A stretch of 14,742 nt of DNA, from NCBI GenBank assembly GCA_046757025.1, contig JBHHXN010000132.1:1-14742 (forward strand), written 5' to 3'. The stretch is from a bacterium (GTDB taxonomy: Bacteria > Zhuqueibacterota > Zhuqueibacteria > Oceanimicrobiales > Oceanimicrobiaceae). This document shows positions 1-7,945 of this stretch, piece after piece. The position numbers were made by a program, and so were the translations under genes. Each line of letters opens with the position of its first letter. The first letter of the stretch is position 1. A model generated the notes under the pieces. That model searched no databases and was not told where the DNA came from. It worked only from the letters and a program-made list of their open reading frames with translations.

Positions 1-885
1 AAAACCCGCAAACAAAAACGCCAGGCAGAGGAAAAGAAAATCGCCAAAGCCGGCGGCACACCGCGCTATCCAGGCTGGGAGGAGCTGCGAGCCGAAGCGC
101 GGGAAGAAAAACCCACGGTCATATTAACCATCTCGGATGAAGATGGTCACATCGTTCGACGGTTAAACGCGCCGGCGTCTGCGGGCATCCACAGAGTGAC
201 CTGGAATTTGCGCTATCCATCCAGCAATCCTGTGACGCTGAGCGCGGCTAACAGACGGGGGTTTGGCGGCGGCGGCTCCGGCCCCATGGCGGCGCCGGGA
301 ACCTATCGGGTTTCCATGGCGCTGCGAGTCGATGGCCAAACCACGCCTCTGGGCAACACGCAGAGCATCACCACCGAAGCGCTTGGAACGGCAGCTTTGC
401 CCGCGGCAGACCGGCAGGCGCTGCTGACTTTTCAGCGTAAAACCGCCCGATTACTGCGAGCGGTTCTGGGCGCCGGCCGGGCCGTGTCGGAAGCACAAAA
501 TCGCCTGGAGCACATCAGAAAGGCGCTTGAAAATACCCCTGAAGCCCCACCTGAACTGCTGCAACGAACCGTCTCGTTGGATTCACAGTTGAAAGACCTC
601 CTCATCAAATTGACCGGCGATCCCATCATCCGCGCCCACAATGCGCCGCGGCCACCCTCGATTACCGGCAGAGTGCGCGGCATTGTTTCGGGGCATTGGA
701 GCTCCACTTCGGCTCCGACACAGACGCACCGCGAGCAGTATGAAATTGCGGCCACTGAGTTTGAACAACTCTTACCTCAGCTTCAAAAAATGATCGAGCA
801 GGACCTGGAACAACTCGAAGCCGAACTGGAGAAAGCCGGCGCGCCGCACACGCCGGGCCGGGTGCCGCGCTGGCATCGAGAATAA
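1..885 (+). CDS. 5'-truncated BNR/VPS10-repeat glycosyl hydrolase-like protein (C-terminal part)
   Basis: Frame 1 is open from base 1 (KTRKQKRQAEEKK...YPGWEELRAEAREEKPTVILTISDEDGHIVRRL...GIHRVTWNLRYP...GPMAAPGTYRVSM) to TAA at 883-885. The Ig-like segment and C-terminal helical tail ending APHTPGRVP resemble the C-termini of large BNR/VPS10 proteins. The ORF-track start at 196 is internal. Confidence 0.65.
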   Translation, partial: KTRKQKRQAEEKKIAKAGGTPRYPGWEELRAEAREEKPTVILTISDEDGHIVRRLNAPASAGIHRVTWNLRYPSSNPVTLSAANRRGFGGGGSGPMAAPGTYRVSMALRVDGQTTPLGNTQSITTEALGTAALPAADRQALLTFQRKTARLLRAVLGAGRAVSEAQNRLEHIRKALENTPEAPPELLQRTVSLDSQLKDLLIKLTGDPIIRAHNAPRPPSITGRVRGIVSGHWSSTSAPTQTHREQYEIAATEFEQLLPQLQKMIEQDLEQLEAELEKAGAPHTPGRVPRWHRE

Positions 886-904
886 TTTACGGGAGAAGCG
901 GAAT

Positions 905-3136
905 TTGGCTCGACAAAAAAACCATTCGGGACATGGATTTGGAACGGCGCCGGTCTTTCTGGCGGGAGTCAGCACCATTCTCGGAACCATCCTTTTTCTG
1001 CGATTTGGCTACGCGGTGGCCCACGTCGGTGTGGTCGGTTCGCTGTTGATCATTCTGGTCGGGCACGCCATCACCATCCCCACCGCGCTCGCCATCGCGG
1101 AAATCGCCACTAACTTGAAAGTGGAAGGCGGTGGAGAATATTTCATCATCAGCCGTTCGTTTGGCTCCATCATCGGCGGCACCATCGGCATTTCCTTGTT
1201 TTTTTCTCAGGCGATTTCCGTGGCATTTTACATGATCGCCTTTGCCGAAGCCTTCACCCCGCTGTTTGGATGGATTGAACAGCAAACAGGCATCGTACCG
1301 CAAACCTGGATGTTCAGCATTCCCGCCACGGTCCTGCTTTTGCTGGTGATATTGCTTAAAGGCGCGGATCTCGGCGTTTCCGCCCTCTGGGTAGTAGTGG
1401 CCACGTTGGGAATTTCACTGGGCATGTTTTTTCTCGGCGGGTCGCCCTCGCCGCCCGCCACTTTTGACATTCTGGCCAAAGTCAAAGATCACGACGATTT
1501 CTTCAAAGTGTTTGCCATCATCTTTCCGGCGTTTACCGGCATGACCGCCGGCGTGGGGCTCTCTGGCGACTTGAAAAATCCCCGTAAGTCCATTCCGCTG
1601 GGCACCATCAGCGCCACCCTAACCGGCATGGTGGTCTATATTTTCATCGTTTTTAAGCTGTCCACCAGCCTGACTCCGGAGGAGCTGGCTGCGGATCAGT
1701 TCGCCATGAGTGAAATCGCCCTGTGGGGACCCATCATCCCCATTGGGCTGGCTGCCGCCACGCTCTCTTCTGCCATCGGCTCGATTTTAATCGCTCCGCG
1801 AACCTTGCAGGCGCTGGCCAAAGACGACATCTTTCCGGTGGCCGTTTTCAACCGTTTGCTGAGCAAAGGCAAGGGGGCAAACAACGAGCCGATAAACGCG
1901 ACTCTGCTCACCGGTGGGATGATTTTTTTGGTGGTGTCTCTGGGGAACGTCAATTTCGTGGCGCAAATCATCAGTATGTTTTTTTTGATAACTTACGGTA
2001 CGCTTTGCTCGGTGAGTTTTCTGGAGCACTTTGGCGGAAATCCCTCTTACCGTCCGACCTATCGCTCTCGGTGGTACCTGTCGCTCCTCGGCGCGCTGGC
2101 CTGCTTCATCATGATGTTTCAAATGGCGCCTTTGTATGCCATTCTGGCTGTGGTGGTCATGAGCGGAATCTACCTGGGTTTGAAGCGCAGCCGTAGTGGA
2201 GAGGACGATCTGTCGGCCATGATCAAAGGCGTGCTTTTTCAACTAATCCGCAAACTGCAGGTGTTGATTCAACGAAAAAAAGCCGACGTCACGCCGGCTA
2301 ACTGGCGGCCTTCCTTTATTGCGATTTCATCGAAATCACTCACCCGGCTGGCGCCCTTCGACCTGCTGCGATGGATTTCGCACTATTATGGATTCGGTAC
2401 CTTTTTTCATTTTATCCAGGGTAATTTGAACGAGAAAAACGAAAAAGAAGCGCGCGAAAAACTGGATGAGCTCATCGCACAGGGGCTTGCCAGCGATGCC
2501 GGCATGTATGTTGACACCATCATTTCGCCAAGTTTTAAAACCGCCGTCGCCCAGATCGTGCAGGTGCCGGGCATTTCCGGCATGGAAAACAACAGCATTC
2601 TTTTCGAATTTCATGAAGACGACGAAGCGGAAATTTCCGAAATTATCGACGGCTGTCATTTCGCCGCCGTGGCCGATTTTAACATCTGTGTTTTACGATC
2701 GTCGCAACGGCACTTTGGTTACCGAAAAAATATTCACATCTGGTTGACACCCGGCGATTACCGCAACGCCAATCTCATGATCCTGCTGGCGTACATCATC
2801 ATGGGGCATCCGCAGTGGCACGGCTGTGAAATCGCTTTGTACGGGGCTTTTGAAGAAAAAGCCCTGAATAAAGAAATCAACCGCCTGAATCGGCTCATCG
2901 ACCAGGGCCGCATTCCCATCTCCCATAAAAACGTCAGGAAAATCTCCTGGAACCGGCGTCAAAAAAGCTACGAAGCCCTGGTGGATGAACATTCGGAAAA
3001 AGCCGACCTCGTACTCATGGGGTTTTCTCTGAACAAACTCACGCAGGAAAAGGGTGACTTTTTTAAAAGATTTCAAAATGTCAATGACATTCTGTTCGTG
3101 CGAGCCGAGCAAAAAATCGCCATCGAAGAATCGTGA
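905..3136 (+). CDS. Amino-acid permease superfamily, prokaryotic cation-chloride cotransporter (SLC12/CCC-like) with C-terminal cytoplasmic domain
   Basis: About 12 hydrophobic segments. Motifs STILGTILFLRFG, GGGEYFIISRSFG, FAIIFPAFTGMTAGVGLSGDLKNPRKSIPLGT, APRTLQALAKD and NWRP are typical of CCC proteins. TTG start with GGAG at 892-895. Confidence 0.88.
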   Translation: MARQKNHSGHGFGTAPVFLAGVSTILGTILFLRFGYAVAHVGVVGSLLIILVGHAITIPTALAIAEIATNLKVEGGGEYFIISRSFGSIIGGTIGISLFFSQAISVAFYMIAFAEAFTPLFGWIEQQTGIVPQTWMFSIPATVLLLLVILLKGADLGVSALWVVVATLGISLGMFFLGGSPSPPATFDILAKVKDHDDFFKVFAIIFPAFTGMTAGVGLSGDLKNPRKSIPLGTISATLTGMVVYIFIVFKLSTSLTPEELAADQFAMSEIALWGPIIPIGLAAATLSSAIGSILIAPRTLQALAKDDIFPVAVFNRLLSKGKGANNEPINATLLTGGMIFLVVSLGNVNFVAQIISMFFLITYGTLCSVSFLEHFGGNPSYRPTYRSRWYLSLLGALACFIMMFQMAPLYAILAVVVMSGIYLGLKRSRSGEDDLSAMIKGVLFQLIRKLQVLIQRKKADVTPANWRPSFIAISSKSLTRLAPFDLLRWISHYYGFGTFFHFIQGNLNEKNEKEAREKLDELIAQGLASDAGMYVDTIISPSFKTAVAQIVQVPGISGMENNSILFEFHEDDEAEISEIIDGCHFAAVADFNICVLRSSQRHFGYRKNIHIWLTPGDYRNANLMILLAYIIMGHPQWHGCEIALYGAFEEKALNKEINRLNRLIDQGRIPISHKNVRKISWNRRQKSYEALVDEHSEKADLVLMGFSLNKLTQEKGDFFKRFQNVNDILFVRAEQKIAIEES

Positions 3137-3270
3137 GATTAATTCGAGCCTAAGTTTAAAATGGTTAAAAGCAAAATAGCCCGTTCACGCCAAACCTTCA
3201 GCGACAGTAAGCTAATGTAAAAGTGCCATTTACATTTTATTAATATTTTGCAAAATAATGCACTTTTTTG

Positions 3271-3298
3271 TTGCATTTAAACAAAACTTTTATATATT
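3271..3298 (+). promoter_or_regulatory. Putative sigma70-type promoter
   Basis: TTGCAT (3271-3276), a 16-nt spacer, then TATATT (3293-3298), in an AT-rich intergenic stretch upstream of the FN3/PorV gene pair. Confidence 0.4.
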
Positions 3299-3733
3299 CA
3301 GTAGCTGATTAAAATCCAGGGTAAAAGCGCAATTGTTTTATCTGCATCCCTGGCAACTCACCCACGCGCTGTAAATCCCTCGAATTTTTTCAAGAAATTT
3401 TATTCCTGTATTTGCGTTTCCCTGCTGGATAAAATTTGTACAATTTCATTGGATTAAACCCAAAAGTCGTATGATCAATTGTTGCTCAGATTTCAGGCAG
3501 TGGAGTCTCCATCCCGACCACTCGTTTTCTAACCACCTGGAATTTTATTCCATCACACGTACTCAAGGTTCTGTTCTGGCTGACCAAAGCCGTTTGGGGT
3601 TGCCTTGTCAAACGGTCGCGCTGCACTTGAATCAAAGGAAAATGCGCGGCTAAGCGATTGTGTAGATGTTTGAAGTTGTATTGAGAATACATGCTAATTT
3701 GAAATTCTGGTTTTAACTAATCTGGTCGTGATC

Positions 3734-4420
3734 ATGAAAACAACTTTTCAGGGCAAATTCAGCCGCAAGATTTTGCACGTAATCCGGGGGAGAAAATACC
3801 GTTTATCCAGAAATTCAGTTTATTTGCCATGTTTATGGCTGTTACCGCTTTTAATCACGCGCACCGTGAATCTAACCTGGGACGCCAACCCGGACAGCGA
3901 TTTAATCGGATACAGAATTTACTATGGCACCGCCTCAAAATTGTACGATGAGGAAATTTTCGTAGGCAAGGTCACTTCTCACCTCATTCCAAATTTATTG
4001 GAAGGTCAAAAATATTTTTTCTCCTTAACCGCTCTGGATTCAGCCGGAAATGAGAGCGCCTTCGCCGATGAAATCAGCATCGAAATTCCACACGAAAAAG
4101 TGGAACCCGTAGAGGATACCACCCGGGTTACCAACAGTCTGGTTTACAATTTTCCGAATCCATTTAAACCCAACCTGGAGCGCACGCGCATTCGATACGA
4201 GCTTTCCCGCCCTCAGAATGTCACCATCGACATTTTCAACGTCAACAATGAACCCGTTAAAACGCTGGTCAAAAATAAATTGAAACGAGCCGGCGAGCAC
4301 ACCGAAGATGTTTGGGACGGGAAAAATTCAAAAGGGGAAGTGGTGGCCATCGGTGTGTATTTTTGCCGCATCGTGACGGAAGAAAAACAAAAATTCATCA
4401 AAATTGCCGTGACCAGATAA
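3734..4420 (+). CDS. Fibronectin type III domain protein with C-terminal FlgD-Ig / T9SS type A sorting-like domain
   Basis: FN3 pattern VNLTWDANPDSDLIGYRIYYG...NLLEGQKYFFSLTALDSAGNES, followed by VYNFPNPF...VTIDIFNVNNEPVKTL...WDGKNSKGEVVAIGVYFCRI. The start is either ATG 3734 or GTG 3728 (uncertain). Confidence 0.82.
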   Translation: MKTTFQGKFSRKILHVIRGRKYRLSRNSVYLPCLWLLPLLITRTVNLTWDANPDSDLIGYRIYYGTASKLYDEEIFVGKVTSHLIPNLLEGQKYFFSLTALDSAGNESAFADEISIEIPHEKVEPVEDTTRVTNSLVYNFPNPFKPNLERTRIRYELSRPQNVTIDIFNVNNEPVKTLVKNKLKRAGEHTEDVWDGKNSKGEVVAIGVYFCRIVTEEKQKFIKIAVTR

Positions 4421-4436
4421 TCTCTCGAATTATACT

Positions 4437-5810
4437 ATGTTGTGTAAATTAAAAACCGTTTTCTGCGCAGGGGTGATTTTATTGACCGTGGCTCTTTGCC
4501 GGGATAATGTCAGGGCTCAGGATGAAAACAGTTCAGCCGGCGTATTTTTGCGCATGGGGGTAGGCGCTCGTGCTATGTCCATGGGAGGCGCCTTTGTAGG
4601 GATGGCAAACGACCCCTCTGCCACATACTGGAACACTGCCGGCTTGCATCAAATACGCAATCTGCAATTTGAATTCATGAATGTGAAATTGCCGTTCGAC
4701 CGATCGTTTAATTTTTTTAGCGGCGTATTTCCAGTGAAATCGTTTTTTAACGTGGGGATAAGCTGGCTCGGGTTGCAGGTGAGCGACATAGAAAGCCGAA
4801 GCTCGAACACGGCCGCACCGGACAACTTGTTCAACAATTCGCAAAATGCCTTTTTCATCTCATTGGCCAAATCGCTGACACCGATGATCGCGGTCGGAGG
4901 CAATGTCAAGTTGATTCGAAACACCCTGGACAACCTTACCGCTACCGGCGTGGGTTTTGACGCTTCCATTTTGTTCCGACCCTGGCAGCACTTTCAGCTC
5001 GGTTTGCTGGTGCAAAATTTCAGCACCAATTATCACTGGAATATCGGACACAGAGAACAGGTGCCCGTCACCTATCGAGTCGGGGCCGCCTGGCAAATTT
5101 ATCCGGGTTTCATGATTTTGGCCGATATCAACAAAACGGCTAATTTTTCCTCAAAATATCATTTCGGCGGCGAATTTCGGCCGTTGCGTGCCATCCCCAT
5201 TCGGCTGGGTCTGAACGACAACCAGTTGTCTGTGGGTTCCGGTATCGAGATGCCTCTGGCTGATCACAAATTAGAAGTGAATTACGCCTATTCCAACGAT
5301 CAGGTTTTTAACGATGCCATTCATCGGGTTTCGCTGTTATTCTCTGTAGATGAAAAGCCTAGCCAGGTTTCTATCAGCCAGAACCCGGACCTGCCGCGCG
5401 TGGACGTGGAAACGAATGATTTAGATCGCCCGACTTCTCATCCCAAAGCGCCCAGCACCCACACGGATGTAAAAGATGAGCCTGTTGAGCCCAAGAAGGC
5501 TGTTTTGTCATCCCGAGTGAAAAATAAAAAAGGTACGACCCGATCGGTGAACGGGGCCTACCATCCCGGCGATCGCATCGTCATATATATTAAAAAAATA
5601 ACCGACCGCGAAGAAAAATTGCTTAATACTATTTTAGACGCTTTGCAGAATAAATATCAGCACAAGATAACGGCTAGCCGTTTTCGTAAAACCGACTACG
5701 TTTTTACTTTCGTTCCGGAATCGCTGCCTGAGCTTAAAAACGTGTTGAAAGTCATGCTGCGCGTTTTCAACAGCAAAAGATTGAAAGTGTATTCGGCCCA
5801 ATCGGGTTAA
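4437..5810 (+). CDS. PorV/PorQ-family (UPF0164-like) outer-membrane beta-barrel protein with C-terminal extension
   Basis: Signal peptide ending VRA|QD. Family motif FLRMGVGARAMSMGGAFVGMANDPSATYWNTAGL, amphipathic beta strands, and a last barrel strand HRVSLLFSV near aa 304, followed by about 150 extra residues. Confidence 0.85.
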   Translation: MLCKLKTVFCAGVILLTVALCRDNVRAQDENSSAGVFLRMGVGARAMSMGGAFVGMANDPSATYWNTAGLHQIRNLQFEFMNVKLPFDRSFNFFSGVFPVKSFFNVGISWLGLQVSDIESRSSNTAAPDNLFNNSQNAFFISLAKSLTPMIAVGGNVKLIRNTLDNLTATGVGFDASILFRPWQHFQLGLLVQNFSTNYHWNIGHREQVPVTYRVGAAWQIYPGFMILADINKTANFSSKYHFGGEFRPLRAIPIRLGLNDNQLSVGSGIEMPLADHKLEVNYAYSNDQVFNDAIHRVSLLFSVDEKPSQVSISQNPDLPRVDVETNDLDRPTSHPKAPSTHTDVKDEPVEPKKAVLSSRVKNKKGTTRSVNGAYHPGDRIVIYIKKITDREEKLLNTILDALQNKYQHKITASRFRKTDYVFTFVPESLPELKNVLKVMLRVFNSKRLKVYSAQSG

Positions 5811-5843
5811 ACCCGTTCTCTCGAAAATTGCAACCGTCCTGTT

Positions 5844-5853
5844 CCCCCCCCCC
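5844..5853. repeat. C10 homopolymer tract
   Basis: Ten consecutive C in the intergenic region. Confidence 0.95.
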
Positions 5854-6098
5854 AAAGTTTCATAAAATTCACTCCGTCGTAATTTCTCCATAAGATGTCT
5901 AATCTCCGCCGTTTTGCTTTGATTCACCGCACCCGCCAGGTAATTTTATTTAAAAAAAGGATAAAAAGTAAAAAATATCTGAGAGAATAGACAAACTAAA
6001 GGTGTCTAATAAGTGTAATTAATTTAACGGCTAAAAAACTGAGCACAGGAAGATTGCCAAAACAGCGGTCATTTCCAATATTGTAAAAGGAGTTTACA

Positions 6099-7610
6099 AT
6101 GATATTGAGTGAAAAAGTCAAATTAACCATTTTTAGTTCAGAAGAATTATCCTGGCGCGACCATCGGGACCGGCTGGATCATTTCTACTGGACGCAAAAA
6201 CATCAATATCAACAACCCTGGTTGGGATCTGAATATCAATCCGCAAAATACTTAAATGCCAGTCTGGCTATCAAAGGAATCGAGGGTAATTATATAGAAT
6301 TGGAAATTCCACGCCAGGCCACCATTGCCGAAGTGATCCAGATCGCGAGAGGTCTGTTTCCGGGTTATGAAAAAGACTTTGAAGAATTTAGCGGGATGCC
6401 GCTTTCCTATCAAATGTATTACCCGGCGCTGAGCGAGAAACCCCTCTCGGCGAACGCCAGCCTTTCCGAGCTGCGCACAACTCATGGTGAAATTCTGGTG
6501 CTAAAACAAATTCTCGGCAATTCAAGAGCCACACCAAAGCGATTCAAGGATTTAACTCACTTCGCGGATATGGTCGCGTTGAACGGCGTCATGCGAGATC
6601 AAAGAAACCCGTCAAAGGATAGTGCCGGTCTTTATGCGGTCCTGCTCTATTCGGAAGTGCACCTGCGATTGGCAACCTACGTTCGAGCGTATTTTGACAA
6701 GCTGCGAAATTGGTCGGGCAATAAATTGATGTTTTACGTTCTGGAAGAGCAACCGCTAAAGAGTCCGTTCTCAAACCCAAATTTCTGGAAAGTGCGGCTG
6801 AAAGATTCCGTGTACCTTACCTGGAGTCTGCTGGGATGGGTTAGAAGTAAACCGTATCAAAAATCCAGGGCAGTCGAAATTGCCCGGAACCTAGGGGCGT
6901 TTGCAGATCAACTACCGTGTGTGGTTTTGTTCGACAATATAGAACGTCAGGAAAAAATCGTCATTCCGGTTCAGGGAGAGTATTCCGCGTTTTTCAGCAA
7001 ATTGTTTTCAACCATTCAGGCCTGCTTGAAAACAGCGGAAGGGAATGGTCATCAGGTCAACGCGGCTGCTCGACTGGCCGCCGTTGGTGTTCCCAACAAC
7101 GGGCATAAGCCAGCCAGAAACAGATTGTTTGAAATGTTCAGTAAGTCCAACGGTCACAATGGTCGGTCGCAAACGCCTGAAAAAGTGGCAGCGTATGAAT
7201 CGCTGCAACAAGCCGACAGCCGGCTCTTTGAGTCTCTACGGGTACGATTGGAAAAATCCCCGAACCGGGAACAACCGCAGGGAACCGTTTTCAATATAAA
7301 CGGCTTTAAGGTATTTGTGAATCATCCGCATGGACTTAAAAAAGTATCGCGGGGAGCCATCATTCACCGTTTGAGAAATCCTTCTTTCGATGACGCCGTT
7401 CCGGATTTGTACAAAATTATACCCGAGCTGATGCGTTTAATCAACCAGCTTCATGAAATGAATGAAATTTCCGTGAGCGTCAAAGAGCAAGCGGTCATGA
7501 CTTTGCATGCGATTGCCGATCAAATTGGCCGTCGCAACGGAAATGGCAAGCGCACTTCGAAGAAAGCGCGGGAGCCTCTTGAATGGCTGGATAGATTAAA
7601 AGCCGCATAA
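6099..7610 (+). CDS. Hypothetical multidomain protein (putative ubiquitin-like domain, thioredoxin-like fold, helical C-terminus)
   Basis: 503-aa ORF with a strong RBS (AGGAG at 6088-6092, 6 nt before ATG). Domain calls come from residue patterns only. Confidence 0.75.
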   Translation: MILSEKVKLTIFSSEELSWRDHRDRLDHFYWTQKHQYQQPWLGSEYQSAKYLNASLAIKGIEGNYIELEIPRQATIAEVIQIARGLFPGYEKDFEEFSGMPLSYQMYYPALSEKPLSANASLSELRTTHGEILVLKQILGNSRATPKRFKDLTHFADMVALNGVMRDQRNPSKDSAGLYAVLLYSEVHLRLATYVRAYFDKLRNWSGNKLMFYVLEEQPLKSPFSNPNFWKVRLKDSVYLTWSLLGWVRSKPYQKSRAVEIARNLGAFADQLPCVVLFDNIERQEKIVIPVQGEYSAFFSKLFSTIQACLKTAEGNGHQVNAAARLAAVGVPNNGHKPARNRLFEMFSKSNGHNGRSQTPEKVAAYESLQQADSRLFESLRVRLEKSPNREQPQGTVFNINGFKVFVNHPHGLKKVSRGAIIHRLRNPSFDDAVPDLYKIIPELMRLINQLHEMNEISVSVKEQAVMTLHAIADQIGRRNGNGKRTSKKAREPLEWLDRLKAA

Positions 7611-7701
7611 GCAGGGTTGTTTCATGCTTATCATTTTGTTAATGGTGGTCCGCTTTTTATTGAAATAGACCATTTGAATTGCGCTCATCGCAAGCACACG
7701 C

Positions 7702-7732
7702 GAAGCAATCCCCGAATCTAGGGGATTGCTTC
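7702..7732. repeat. REP-like palindrome / possible terminator hairpin
   Basis: GAAGCAATCCCC (7702-7713), loop GAATCTA, GGGGATTGCTTC (7721-7732): a perfect 12-bp stem about 90 nt after the stop of the 503-aa gene, followed by CGTCGTTTT. Confidence 0.75.
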
Positions 7733-7945
7733 CGTCGTTTTAAGCTACTCTAACACCTCCGTGGCTCCTAATGTGATTTTCCACCTAAAGTTAGGAAGGC
7801 TTTTTATTGAAGAAATCCTGGTCTCTTTTGTTTACTAATCGATTCCATTCAATACACAAAACTATTTGGTTATTCTTTCGTAAACTATCTCAACCTTCAA
7901 GGTGTTAGCTCAAAATACCCTGCATTTGGACTTTTGAGAGGAGTT

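Noticed and set aside
432..3112. Many 60-157 aa alternative-frame and antisense ORFs over the first two genes
   Set aside because: They are shadows of well-supported GC-rich genes and carry no recognisable motifs.
3471..3692. Short intergenic ORFs 3471-3653 (+) and 3486-3692 (-)
   Set aside because: No clear RBS or recognisable motif, and they overlap each other. A small protein cannot be excluded but is unsupported.
5802..5815. CGGGT-TAA-ACCCG mini-hairpin on the PorV-like stop; TCGGGTTAAAC also occurs on the minus strand at 13132-13122
   Set aside because: The stem is only 5 bp with no U-tract, and shared 11-mers are expected by chance in 14.7 kb.
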